A stretch of DNA of 51,985 bases from Patescibacteria group bacterium (lineage in GTDB: Bacteria; Patescibacteriota; Patescibacteriia; Patescibacteriales; UBA12465), in contig JBMOHE010000006.1 in the NCBI GenBank assembly GCA_049318005.1, forward strand, positions 1-51,985. The letters are read 5' to 3'. Every line of letters starts with the position of its first letter. Positions within the stretch are counted from its first letter, which is position 1. A program made the translations under genes and the position numbers. The notes below the pieces were generated by a model. The model ran no database searches. It worked only from the letters and a program-made list of their open reading frames with translations, and was not told the DNA's origin. Below are positions 19,497 to 29,280 of the stretch, in pieces.

Positions 19497-20909
19497 ATGT
19501 CTGACATTAGTGTCGCAATTAAACAATTGTGTGACGAAAAAAATCTTGATTACGCTTCTGTAATTGCCGCGATTGAGCTTGCGTTAGCCGCAGCTTATCG
19601 TAAAGATTACGGTGAACGTAATCAAAACATCCGCGTTAAATTTGATCCGAATTTAGGAACTTCGGAAATTTTTGATGTGAAATCAGTGGTTGATAATTTA
19701 CCCGAGCAGGAAGAAGCAGAAATGCTTCAAAATTTATACAACCCGGTTAAAGAAACTAAAAAGGAAGAATTCAGAGAAGATACTCGCAGTTTTCATGTTG
19801 TCGAGGAACCGATTAGTGAAGAAGATAAAAAGAAATTTAATCCAAAAACAGATATCCAAATAAAAGAAGCTTCTATTTTAAAACATGATGTAAAGATTGG
19901 TGACGAGCTTGTAACTGATTTACCTATTCCTGAGAGCTATGGACGTATGGCCGCTCAAACAGCCAAGCAGGTTATCATCCAAAAATTGAGAGAGATGGAA
20001 AGAGACATGATCTTTAGTGAATTTAAGGGCAAGGAGAAGGAAGTTGTATCGGGAATTGTTCAACGTCGCGAAGGTCGTTTCGTTTTTGTTGATTTAGGCA
20101 AAGCGATTGGTCTTTTACCAGCCGAAGAACAGATTTTTAATGAAAGTTATAATCCTAACGACAGAGTTAAGGTTTATATTAAGGAAGTATGCGAGGGCCA
20201 TAAAGGTCCAGAAATTATTCTATCTCGTCGCAGTGAAGAAATTTTAAAGAAAGTATTTTATTTAGAAATTCCAGAAGTTGCTAATGGATTAGTCGAAATT
20301 AAAGAAGTTGCTCGTGAGGCTGGTTCTCGTTCTAAGGTTGCTATTTGGACAGAAGCAGAGAACGTTGATCCAGTTGGTTCATGTGTTGGTCAACGTGGTA
20401 GCCGTATTCAAACTATTATTAGCGAGTTAGGCGGAGAAAAAATTGATATTATCGAATATAGTGAAGACGCCGCTAAATTTATTGCTAACGCCTTAGCTCC
20501 AGCTAAAGTTATTTCAATTGAGTTAATTGAAGAAGAACACAAGGCTGTCGTTAAGGTAGCCTCTGATAAACTATCGCTTGCAATTGGTAAAAATGGGCAA
20601 AATGTTCGCTTAGCAGCTCGTTTAACTGGCTGGAAGATTGATATTATTGAAGCGACTGAAGATGGTGAGAAAAAAGTTTTAGCTAGTGATGGCGAAACTA
20701 TGGAGATATTAGAAGATAACCAAGTTTTAGAAGAAGCGGGCGACAAGACTCCTAGCGAAGAACCATTAGAAGTTATTCCAGCTGAAGAATTTGAAGAAAT
20801 GGTTGAAAGTGAAATAAAAGAAGAGGCAAAAGAAAAAAAACCTAAAAAAGAAAAAGTAGTTAAAGAAGTAAAAGAAAAAGATTCTAAAAAAACTAAAAAA
20901 ATTAAATAA
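19497..20909 (+). CDS. nusA: Transcription factor NusA
   Basis: YGRMAAQTAKQVIIQ, AREAGSRSKVA, LAIGKNGQNVRLAARLTGWKIDI. Confidence 0.98.
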   Translation: MSDISVAIKQLCDEKNLDYASVIAAIELALAAAYRKDYGERNQNIRVKFDPNLGTSEIFDVKSVVDNLPEQEEAEMLQNLYNPVKETKKEEFREDTRSFHVVEEPISEEDKKKFNPKTDIQIKEASILKHDVKIGDELVTDLPIPESYGRMAAQTAKQVIIQKLREMERDMIFSEFKGKEKEVVSGIVQRREGRFVFVDLGKAIGLLPAEEQIFNESYNPNDRVKVYIKEVCEGHKGPEIILSRRSEEILKKVFYLEIPEVANGLVEIKEVAREAGSRSKVAIWTEAENVDPVGSCVGQRGSRIQTIISELGGEKIDIIEYSEDAAKFIANALAPAKVISIELIEEEHKAVVKVASDKLSLAIGKNGQNVRLAARLTGWKIDIIEATEDGEKKVLASDGETMEILEDNQVLEEAGDKTPSEEPLEVIPAEEFEEMVESEIKEEAKEKKPKKEKVVKEVKEKDSKKTKKIK

Positions 20910-20946
20910 AGTATAAATCATCCGCCAGAGGCGGACAAACAAACTT

Positions 20947-22956
20947 ATGATGATGACATTATTCATTCTCGGATGTGCACTAGTCGCCATTGTTTATGGC
21001 GGTATTGTAATCGCATCTATCTTACGTATGCCTGAGGGTAACGATAAGATGAAAGAAATCGCAAAAGCAATTCAAGACGGCGCTAACGCTTTCTTAAATC
21101 GCCAATATAAATCCGTAGCGATTGTTGCTGCAGTTTTATTTTTAATCATTGGTTTTATTCCAGAATTAGGCTGGAAAACCGCCTTGGCTTTTATAATCGG
21201 TGCTGGTTTATCAGCTTTAACCGGTTATATTGGCATGTTTGTTAGTGTTCGAGCTAATGTTCGCACGACTGAAGCAGCTCGTGGCGGTTTAGCAAAAGCT
21301 TTGAATGTTGCTGTTAAGGGCGGAAGCGTAACCGGCATGTTAGTAGTTGGCTTAGCTTTAATGGGTACAGCAGGTTTTTATTTTATAACTAAAGATTTAC
21401 ACGCTTTAATCGGTTTTGCTTTTGGTGGATCTTTAATTTCAATTTTTGCTCGTTTAGGCGGTGGTATTTATACTAAGGCTGCTGACGTTGGTGCTGATTT
21501 AGTTGGTAAGGTCGAAGCTTCTATTCCAGAAGATGATCCACGTAACCCAGCTGTTATTGCTGATAATGTTGGTGATAACGTTGGCGATTGTGCTGGTATG
21601 GCCGCTGATTTATTTGAAACTTATGCAGTTACTTTAATTGCTGCCATGGTTTTAGGTTCATTAACTTTTGTTGGTAATGAAAATATTTTATTATTCCCAT
21701 TAGTTCTTGGTGCAGTTTCTATTATTGTTTCTATCATCGGTATTTTCTTTATCCGTCTTGGAAAAAAGAATAATATTATGGCCGCCCTATATAAAGGTTT
21801 AATTGCCGCTGGCGTTTTAGCTGCGATCGCCTTTTACCCAATCACTAAATACATGATTGTCGGTGGCATGAGTTTAAAAATTTATTTAGCTTCTTTAATT
21901 GGTTTAGCAGTAACTGGTTTACTAGTAGTTATTACTGAATACTATACTTCAACTGATTATGCTCCGGTTAAAGAAATCGCTGAAGCCTCAAAGACTGGTC
22001 ACGGTACAAACGTGATTGCTGGTTTAGCAGTTTCAATGAAGTCAACCGCTCTTCCAGTTTTTGTTATTTGTTTGGCTATTTTAGGCGCATTTTCCTTGGC
22101 TGGTTTATACGGTGTCGCAATCGCAGCTATGGCCATGTTATCAATGGCGGGCATTATCGTTACTATTGATGCCTACGGTCCTATTACTGACAACGCTGGT
22201 GGTATTGCAGAAATGGCAGAGCTAGGCGAAGACGTTAGAAATATCACTGATCCATTAGACGCGGTTGGTAATACTACTAAAGCGGTTACTAAGGGATACG
22301 CTATCGGTTCTGCCGCTCTAGCTGCTTTAGTATTATTTGCTGATTTTACTTATAAGATTAAAGCGTCAGGAGGCAGTGCTCAATTTTTAATTGATAACCC
22401 ATACGTTTTAATTGGTTTATTTATTGGTGGCTTACTTCCATATTTATTTGGCGCTATGGCTATGAAAGCGGTTGGTAAAACAGCTGGTTCAGTAGTTGAA
22501 GATGTTCGCGCTCAATTTAAAGAAAAACCAGGGATCATGACTAACACTGAAAAACCTGACTATGGTCGCACAGTTGATATCGTTACAAAAGCAGCTATCA
22601 AAGAAATGATTGTTCCTGCTTTAATTCCAGTTGTCGTCCCAATTATCGTTGGCTTCGGATTTAATATGATTGCTCCAGGTCGTGGTTTAGAAGTTTTAGG
22701 TGGCTTATTAGTTGGTTCAATTATCACTGGTATTTTTGTAGCAGTTTCTATGACTTCAGGTGGAGGCGCATGGGACAATGCTAAGAAATATATTGAGTCA
22801 GGCCACTTTGGCGGTAAAGGTTCTGACGCTCACAAGGCAGCAGTTACTGGAGATACGGTTGGTGATCCTTATAAGGATACTGCTGGTCCAGCTATTAACC
22901 CAATGATTAAAGTTCTAAATATTGTTGCATTACTTATTGTTGGATTACTACTCTAA
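20947..22956 (+). CDS. hppA: Membrane-bound H+-translocating pyrophosphatase, K+-independent type
   Basis: [26 protein letters not shown] (Lys at the K+-dependence position), [10 protein letters not shown]. Confidence 0.95.
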   Translation: MMMTLFILGCALVAIVYGGIVIASILRMPEGNDKMKEIAKAIQDGANAFLNRQYKSVAIVAAVLFLIIGFIPELGWKTALAFIIGAGLSALTGYIGMFVSVRANVRTTEAARGGLAKALNVAVKGGSVTGMLVVGLALMGTAGFYFITKDLHALIGFAFGGSLISIFARLGGGIYTKAADVGADLVGKVEASIPEDDPRNPAVIADNVGDNVGDCAGMAADLFETYAVTLIAAMVLGSLTFVGNENILLFPLVLGAVSIIVSIIGIFFIRLGKKNNIMAALYKGLIAAGVLAAIAFYPITKYMIVGGMSLKIYLASLIGLAVTGLLVVITEYYTSTDYAPVKEIAEASKTGHGTNVIAGLAVSMKSTALPVFVICLAILGAFSLAGLYGVAIAAMAMLSMAGIIVTIDAYGPITDNAGGIAEMAELGEDVRNITDPLDAVGNTTKAVTKGYAIGSAALAALVLFADFTYKIKASGGSAQFLIDNPYVLIGLFIGGLLPYLFGAMAMKAVGKTAGSVVEDVRAQFKEKPGIMTNTEKPDYGRTVDIVTKAAIKEMIVPALIPVVVPIIVGFGFNMIAPGRGLEVLGGLLVGSIITGIFVAVSMTSGGGAWDNAKKYIESGHFGGKGSDAHKAAVTGDTVGDPYKDTAGPAINPMIKVLNIVALLIVGLLL

Positions 22957-22976
22957 AGAATATTTTAAACAAATAA

Positions 22977-23011
22977 AAAACGCCGCTACCTATAAAAAGT
23001 AGTGGCGTTTT
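22977..23011. terminator. Bidirectional terminator
   Basis: AAAACGCCGCTAC-loop-GTAGTGGCGTTTT between convergent genes. Confidence 0.8.
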
Positions 23012-23033
23012 GCTTTGCGAGTGAAAAGTTTCT

Positions 23034-23570
23034 TTACTTTTCAGTTTCCTTTTCTTGTTCTTTTTCCCTTTGAGTCTTCATGGCCGCATTTCTTAATCCA
23101 ACTAAATAGCCAAAACCAAACAGCATAAACGCCATTAAAGCAATTAATACAACCGTAAAAATCCTGGCGCTCTTTGTCTCCTGATTAATCACCGGTTTAG
23201 CACATTCAATAACTGGGGGGTACTGTAGATTGTAAATTTTATTATGCAGCTGTTTGTTTTCTACTTCGTAGCTATCATAATAACCATCTTCATGGCCGAC
23301 AATCATATCGACGGCTTCTTCGGGAACTTCATTCTCTAAATCAATTAACGTCGTCCGTTTTGGATTACGCAATTTATCAACAACGATTTTGCCTTCGTAA
23401 GGCAAATTGCCGTAGGGTGGTGTGTCAAAATGATAAATTGTGACGTTGTTGCCTACCTTAAATATAACACAAGCGGTGTGTTCTTCAATTTCTTTAACGA
23501 CTTTGGCGTTAAGATTTGAACTCAAAAATACAGAAAACAGGATTACTAAAATAAAACTAAGTTTTTTCAT
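23034..23570 (-). CDS. Hypothetical exported protein with C-terminal TM anchor
   Basis: Signal peptide, C-terminal hydrophobic helix, charged tail; has its own promoter. Confidence 0.75.
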   Translation of the reverse strand: MKKLSFILVILFSVFLSSNLNAKVVKEIEEHTACVIFKVGNNVTIYHFDTPPYGNLPYEGKIVVDKLRNPKRTTLIDLENEVPEEAVDMIVGHEDGYYDSYEVENKQLHNKIYNLQYPPVIECAKPVINQETKSARIFTVVLIALMAFMLFGFGYLVGLRNAAMKTQREKEQEKETEK

Positions 23571-23640
23571 TTTTTCGTTTGTTTGTGTTTCTTTCGGAAA
23601 CGGTTTATATTGATTTATTAATGTCCTAAACTAATCCTAA

Positions 23641-23716
23641 ATAATAGCATGTTATTATAACTTTGTCAAGGGAGAAGGGGTTTACTATTGACAAAATGTT
23701 GAAAAAGGGCTATAAT
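23641..23716. promoter_or_regulatory. Back-to-back sigma70 promoters
   Basis: Minus strand TTGACA(23669-64)-17-TATTAT(23646-41); plus strand TTGACA(23688-93)-17-TATAAT(23711-16). Confidence 0.85.
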
Positions 23717-23806
23717 TATCTTTCCTGGGTTGAATTAGTTGATTTTCAGGAAAACGTTATTTTAAAATTTAATAGTATAAACATAAACAAAAAAATTAGT
23801 GTAATC

Positions 23807-24556
23807 ATGGGAAAAAAAGAATTATCATTAAAAAAAGAGTTAATTTATTTGGCTATCACTATCATCGCTTGTATTGCGACAGTAATGTATGTAAATTCAC
23901 CAGCGTTCAAATATTTTGGTAAAAAAATGTACAAAGTTGCGGAAATTGAATCTTTAAAAATTGAACTGTCAAAGTCTTTAAGCGAAAATGCCGACTTGCG
24001 CCAAGCGCTCACCGCAAAAATGGAATCGCTTTGTGATACTATGAGCGTCGATCAAAAACTTGCTCAAGCGAAACTGGATGATTACTCAATTCGTATGTAT
24101 GAAATCAAAGATGCTCAGGAAATGAAAGCATATAAACAAAAAGAAGATGCTGGAATGAAAGCATATAAGCAAAAAGAAAGCGCTGATTTGAAAGCCTTTA
24201 TTGTTTATCAGCAGAAAGAAGCTAAACTTTTGAATGAGCTTGAAAAGAAAGACCCTAAAGTTTTTCTTGAATATGCAATAATTAGTTTTAGATTAGATAA
24301 GCATAATGGTTCCTACAACGCTAGTCGAATGATTTCGCAACAACAAGAAAAAATTGAGAAAATTCCTTCGGTAGCCGATTTTGTTAAAGGCAATAAAGAG
24401 GCTTGGAATATTAGAATGGAGATAAATAAAAAGCTTGAGCAGGAATATTCTAAAAATAATGCCAGCCTTGAGCTTGAATATCAAAAAAAACTAAAAATTA
24501 TCGGCGAGAACTTTGAAATGAAAATCGCTGATAAAAAAGTTGAACTAGGCTTATAA
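23807..24556 (+). CDS. Hypothetical TM-anchored coiled-coil protein (start probably ATG 23807)
   Basis: The upstream TTG start would overlap the promoter; N-terminal TM; internal 33-bp duplication. Confidence 0.75.
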   Translation: MGKKELSLKKELIYLAITIIACIATVMYVNSPAFKYFGKKMYKVAEIESLKIELSKSLSENADLRQALTAKMESLCDTMSVDQKLAQAKLDDYSIRMYEIKDAQEMKAYKQKEDAGMKAYKQKESADLKAFIVYQQKEAKLLNELEKKDPKVFLEYAIISFRLDKHNGSYNASRMISQQQEKIEKIPSVADFVKGNKEAWNIRMEINKKLEQEYSKNNASLELEYQKKLKIIGENFEMKIADKKVELGL

Positions 24557-24576
24557 AAAAAGCCTATAAATACCGC

Positions 24577-24607
24577 AAACCGTGTGTCTTGGTGCCACGG
24601 TTTTTTT
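24577..24607 (+). terminator. Intrinsic terminator
   Basis: AAACCGTG..CACGGTTT plus T run. Confidence 0.75.
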
Positions 24608-24702
24608 ATTGACTTTTTGCGCCCTATGAGCTTAAATAATATGAACAATAGTTTTTTAAGAGATGCACATTCACAATTTAATAACCATAAAAAATAGAAG
24701 CC

Positions 24703-25722
24703 ATGTTAAAGATTTTTTATAACCCCGATAATTTAGAATTGATTTTCTCTATTTCTGTCGCTCTTCTAAATACCGAAGGAGAATACTTAAATGGAACATA
24801 TGATCTATTTCCAAAAAAGGCCATTGATTTGTGCAAGGGAGAAAAAGAAGCTACGGACAAAATAATAAATGATGTCTGTGAAATTCTCGGAGAAGATTAT
24901 ATTGAAGAAATAGTTTCTGGTGAAAAGGACTATTATATGCTGTTTGGAATATATCCAAAGAATGAAGAAGAAAATAAAAAAATTTTTGAATTTTTTGACA
25001 AGAAAGAAAAAGAAATATTGCTTTGGATTGACTGGCACGAATGGCCAGAGGGTTTGCTTAATTTTCTTAAGAGTCAATCGGATAAAATTCATATTGTAAA
25101 AAATATGACGCCGGTTCAAATTTTAGAGAAAATTGGTTATGTGCTTTTTGATGAAGCACTCGAAGCTGAGAAGGCTGTTATTGAAATCAATATGAATAAT
25201 CAACTGGCGAGTCGTTATATAAAAACTTCTTTGTCGGCGAGATCGCTAGGCTTCAATAATAATAGACTGGACAGCTTCTCCTATTTTTCTTTTGTGGCTC
25301 CGGTGTCGGAGCTAGTAACTAATTCTGAAAGCGATGTGGTTAATCAGTTGGTAGATTCGTTTGACGAAATGGCGGCTGAATCAATCGAGCTTGAAGAAAA
25401 TTTTAGAGAAGATATTCCCGAATTTGAAGGAGCAAAAAGGGCCGGGAAAACGGTTGGATGCCTTATTCTTGGTGAGGTTGCTGAAAATTTTTTTATTGAA
25501 AGAATTTTATTTCAAGGGGTTCAAAAGTATCCCTGGCTGTGTGTAGTTATCTTTACTTACAACGGAACGAAAATGATTAATTGTGCTTCTGAAAAAATTC
25601 CTATTTCGGAAATACTTAATTATCATGCTCCTAATGTAAAGACGATTGAAGAGCTTCTGAGTATTCTTAACAGTGAGGTTATTGGATGTTCAGAACAGAA
25701 AAAAAATAGTACTAACCCATAA
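24703..25722 (+). CDS. Hypothetical acidic protein, paralog A (possibly degenerate DHH fold)
   Basis: Shares LFGIYPK, LWIDWHEWPE and PWLCVV with the next ORF. Confidence 0.8.
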   Translation: MLKIFYNPDNLELIFSISVALLNTEGEYLNGTYDLFPKKAIDLCKGEKEATDKIINDVCEILGEDYIEEIVSGEKDYYMLFGIYPKNEEENKKIFEFFDKKEKEILLWIDWHEWPEGLLNFLKSQSDKIHIVKNMTPVQILEKIGYVLFDEALEAEKAVIEINMNNQLASRYIKTSLSARSLGFNNNRLDSFSYFSFVAPVSELVTNSESDVVNQLVDSFDEMAAESIELEENFREDIPEFEGAKRAGKTVGCLILGEVAENFFIERILFQGVQKYPWLCVVIFTYNGTKMINCASEKIPISEILNYHAPNVKTIEELLSILNSEVIGCSEQKKNSTNP

Positions 25723-25733
25723 AATCTAAGATC

Positions 25734-26753
25734 ATGATAAACATTTTGTTTAACGCCGAACATCCGGCTCCGGTTTTTGCCATGGCTGCCTTCATAATGA
25801 ATTTAGAAGAAAAATACAATAATGATATTATCGATTTTATTCCTATTAAGGCCAGGGATTTATTAAGAACACTTTCAGATCTAGTCGAGATTATTGATGA
25901 CGATATTGATAAACTTGAAAGTACTGGCGAAGAAGACGATTCTATCGAAGATGAGCCAGACAATGAAGATTATGAGCCAGTTAAGTATGCTCTTTTTGGA
26001 ATATATCCAAAAACTAAAGCCGACGAGAAAGCGATTGCTTCATTTTTCTACGATAACTCTGAAAGAATAATGCTTTGGATAGACTGGCATGAGTGGCCAG
26101 AAAATCTCGCTAGCTATGTTAAACTACCTGAGAATATATTCTTTAATAGAATAAAAACTTGTTTAGAGGTTTTATCTGATGAGGGGTATATTTTCCCGCA
26201 AGCCTGGTCGAAATCGGAAAAGGCTATGTTGAGCCATAATTTAGAAGACCCCCTGGCGGCACGCTATTGGAAAGCCTTCTTGGTTTCGAAATCGGTTGGG
26301 TTTAATAACTTTGCCAATAAAGGAGCGGACTTTCTGTTGTTTTCTTCAATTATTGAGGAGCTTATTCTTAATAAAGAAAACGAAATAATTACTAATATCG
26401 AACAAAGCTTTGATTTAATGGAGTCGGAAAAAGAGGAATTAGTCGCTAGAATTTCTGACGATAATCCCTTATTTAAAGAAGCTAAAGAAATCGGCCGATC
26501 GGTTGGGTATTTATTTCTTGAGGATGTCCCCGAATATTTTGATGCGCGAGATATTTTAAAGCGGGGAACTGAAAAATTTCCCTGGTTATGTGTAGTGCGT
26601 TATTTAATCAATGGTTTAGAGTATGTTCACTTTGAATCAGAAAAATTTCCGGTTGACGAAATTATGCGTAGTCATGAACCGCTTCCAAGCGAAAACGAGA
26701 ATGTTCTGAAAATAATAAAAGCAGAATTACTTTGTTTTAAGGAAGTGAAGTAA
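25734..26753 (+). CDS. Hypothetical acidic protein, paralog B
   Basis: Same motifs, also 339 aa. Confidence 0.8.
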   Translation: MINILFNAEHPAPVFAMAAFIMNLEEKYNNDIIDFIPIKARDLLRTLSDLVEIIDDDIDKLESTGEEDDSIEDEPDNEDYEPVKYALFGIYPKTKADEKAIASFFYDNSERIMLWIDWHEWPENLASYVKLPENIFFNRIKTCLEVLSDEGYIFPQAWSKSEKAMLSHNLEDPLAARYWKAFLVSKSVGFNNFANKGADFLLFSSIIEELILNKENEIITNIEQSFDLMESEKEELVARISDDNPLFKEAKEIGRSVGYLFLEDVPEYFDARDILKRGTEKFPWLCVVRYLINGLEYVHFESEKFPVDEIMRSHEPLPSENENVLKIIKAELLCFKEVK

Positions 26754-26775
26754 AAATCGTTTGAATTATTTAGTT

Positions 26776-26799
26776 AAGCAACCCCCGGGTTGCTTTTTT
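26776..26799 (+). terminator. Intrinsic terminator
   Basis: AAGCAACC-cccg-GGTTGCTT plus T run. Confidence 0.85.
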
Positions 26800-26896
26800 A
26801 TTTGCCTTGATTTTTCCTAAAAAACTGCTAAGATAAAGATAATTAATAAAGACTGCAAAGCGGGTAAAAGCCCGCTTCTACTAACAAAAGACAAAT

Positions 26897-28207
26897 ATGC
26901 AAGTAAATAAAAAAGACTTAGAAAAATCACAAATTGAGTTAACGGTTGAATTAAGTGCCGAAGAATTTGCTCCTTATATTGAAAAGGGTGCCCAGAAAGT
27001 TGCCGAAGAGGTAAAAATTGAAGGCTTTAGAAAAGGAAAAGTTCCAATGGAAATCTTAAAGCAAAAAATTGGCGAAATGACTATTTTAGAAGAAGCCGCT
27101 AATATTGCGATTCATAAAACAATTGATAATGCGGTTGAAGAACATACCATGGAACGCCAAGCAATCGGCCAACCCCAAGTTAATATTACTAAACTTGCTC
27201 CTGGCAACCCTTTTGAATATAAAGTTATTGTTTCCATTTTACCAACTATCGCACTTGGTAAATATAAAGATTTGAATTTGAAAGTTGAAGACGCGAAAAT
27301 TGATGATAAAGAAGTTGAAAAAGCTTTGAGTGAACTTCAAGAAATGCGCGCGCAAGAAATTTTAGTCGAACGTGAAGCAAGGGATAAAGATAAGGTAACG
27401 GTTGATGTTAATATGTCGCTTGATAAAGTTCCGCTTGAAGATGGAAGTCATAAAGAATTAGCGATTATTTTAGGAAAGAATTTTTTTGTGCCCGGTTTTG
27501 ATAGTAATATTATTGGGGCTAAAGCTGGCGAGGAAAGAGAATTTAAATTAGCTTATCCTGATGATCATCACCAAAAAAATATTGCCGGAAAAATGGTTGA
27601 ATTTAAAGTAAATATAAAAAACGTTTACGAAAGACAGGCCCCAGAATTAAATGATGAGTTTGCCGCTTTTTTCCAACTAAAAGACATGGAAGAGTTAAAG
27701 AAGAATTTAAAAGAAAGTTTATTACATGAGAAAAAACATAGCGTTGATTTAAGAAATGAATCAGAACTCATTAGTAAGATTGTTGATGATACTAAATTTG
27801 GTGATTTACCAAGCGTGATTATTGAGAGTGAAAGCCGAAATATGTTAATGGAGCTAGAGCAGAATGTTACTCGCCAAGGAGGAAAGTTTGAAGATTATTT
27901 GTCTCATGTTAAAAAAACAAAAGAACAATTAATTTTAGACTTACTACCGAACGCAGTTAAAAGAGTTAAGTCAGCTCTAGTAATTAGAGAGATCGCAGTA
28001 ATAGAAAAAATTGAAGTTACTCATGAAGATATCCATGATAAAATTGATGAACTAGAGAAACAGTATGCCGGTAATCAAGAAATTCTAAAAATGCTTCACG
28101 AAGAAGGGTATCATACATATTTAAGTAATATTTTAACTAACGAGAAAATAATCGCAAAATTAAAGGAATGGAATTATGCCCCAACTAGCGATAAACAAAA
28201 AAGCTAA
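26897..28207 (+). CDS. tig: Trigger factor
   Basis: IEGFRKGKVP ribosome-binding motif, FKBP-like middle domain. Confidence 0.97.
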   Translation: MQVNKKDLEKSQIELTVELSAEEFAPYIEKGAQKVAEEVKIEGFRKGKVPMEILKQKIGEMTILEEAANIAIHKTIDNAVEEHTMERQAIGQPQVNITKLAPGNPFEYKVIVSILPTIALGKYKDLNLKVEDAKIDDKEVEKALSELQEMRAQEILVEREARDKDKVTVDVNMSLDKVPLEDGSHKELAIILGKNFFVPGFDSNIIGAKAGEEREFKLAYPDDHHQKNIAGKMVEFKVNIKNVYERQAPELNDEFAAFFQLKDMEELKKNLKESLLHEKKHSVDLRNESELISKIVDDTKFGDLPSVIIESESRNMLMELEQNVTRQGGKFEDYLSHVKKTKEQLILDLLPNAVKRVKSALVIREIAVIEKIEVTHEDIHDKIDELEKQYAGNQEILKMLHEEGYHTYLSNILTNEKIIAKLKEWNYAPTSDKQKS

Positions 28208-28634
28208 CTTTGATTACGAGCTCCAAGACAAATATGAGGCGGGGCTGGTTTTGTTTGGCCATGAAGTTAAAGCTGTCAGGGCTGGTCAGATTAGTTTGAA
28301 GGGCGCCTTTATCACTATTAGAACAAAAAATGGAAAGTCGGAGTTATTTTTAGTTAATGCTCAGATATCGCCCTATAAAAGTGCTGGCGATATGCCCGAG
28401 TATAACCAGTTTAGAGAGCGCAAATTGCTCTTAAAACACGAAGAAATTAGCCATTTATTAGGTAAGAAGCTAACAGAGGGCTTGACACTAATCCCTCTAA
28501 AAATATATACTAATCATAGTTTTTTGAAGCTGGAATTCGCAGTTGCAAAAGGCAAAAAAAAGTACGACAAGCGTGAAACGATAAAGAAGAGAGATATAGA
28601 TAGACGCTTGCGATCGTTAACAAAAAGAAGTTAA
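28176..28634 (+). CDS. smpB: SsrA-binding protein
   Basis: NKKANFDY..YEAGLVL.G.EVK, RKLLL, KGKKKYDKRE. Confidence 0.97.
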   Translation: MPQLAINKKANFDYELQDKYEAGLVLFGHEVKAVRAGQISLKGAFITIRTKNGKSELFLVNAQISPYKSAGDMPEYNQFRERKLLLKHEEISHLLGKKLTEGLTLIPLKIYTNHSFLKLEFAVAKGKKKYDKRETIKKRDIDRRLRSLTKRS

Positions 28635-28652
28635 TTAGAATAAGGTTGACTA

Positions 28653-29030
28653 GGGGATGCAAGGCATCGACAGTCGGATCTTTTTCTGAATATTCAAGGC
28701 GTGCTTAGTTACTCACGTTAAACTGACTAAAAAATACAATTGTCAAAACGGCAAGAGCTTTCACTTGGGCAACCCCAAGTTATGCTCCAGTTTTAGCCTA
28801 AAGGTTAAAACCATCAGCGGGCTGTGAGTCTTCATAGCGGTCAACTGGTGTTATAATCATGAAGATAGAAATTATTTGCTCTTAACGAATAGTTTCGAAA
28901 CAAAATTAAGATCGCCTCAACCGCTTTTGTTCGGTTTCTGATGGTTGGAGCTAAAAAAATAAATCGAACTACTCTTGTAAATGTATTTAGGAAAACCGGT
29001 TGGACATGGGTTCAACTCCCATCATCTCCA
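28653..29030 (+). ncRNA. ssrA: tmRNA
   Basis: 5' GGGGATG pairs with 3' CATCTCC-A (G3.U alanine identity); T-arm GGTTCAACTCC; tag frame 28742-28801 ending ..PVLA*; adjacent to smpB. Confidence 0.95.
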
Positions 29031-29033
29031 CAT

Positions 29034-29117
29034 GCCGCGGTGGCGGAACTGGTAGACGCGCTGGACTTAAAATCCAGTTGTAGCGATACAGTGCGGGTTC
29101 GATTCCCGCCCGCGGCA
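29034..29117 (+). tRNA. tRNA-Leu(TAA)
   Basis: GCCGCGG acceptor stem, CTGGA-ct-TAA-aa-TCCAG anticodon arm, long variable arm, GGTTCGATTCC. Confidence 0.97.
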
Positions 29118-29147
29118 CTTTAGTAGTTTAAGGAATCAAAACGATAC

Positions 29148-29219
29148 GCGGGTATCGTATAGTGGTTATTATGCGACCTTGCCAAGGTCGAGAGACGGGT
29201 TCGATTCCCGTTACCCGCT
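29148..29219 (+). tRNA. tRNA-Gly(GCC)
   Basis: GCGGGTA/TACCCGC acceptor stem, CGACC-tt-GCC-aa-GGTCG, U discriminator. Confidence 0.97.
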
Positions 29220-29224
29220 CAGAT

Positions 29225-29256
29225 AAAAAACACAGAATATAATTCTGTGTTTTTTT
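29225..29256 (+). terminator. Intrinsic terminator of the tig-smpB-ssrA-tRNA unit
   Basis: AAAAAACACAGAAT-loop-ATTCTGTGTTTTTT. Confidence 0.85.
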
Positions 29257-29280
29257 ATTGGCGTATAGTATAATAGAAAT

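Noticed and set aside
23663-23806. N-terminal extensions from TTG/GTG starts in the ORF track (also 10676, 32514, 35278, 42762)
   Set aside because: They overlap predicted promoters or leaders; downstream ATGs fit better.
28941-29123. 60-aa ORF
   Set aside because: Overlaps tmRNA and tRNA-Leu.
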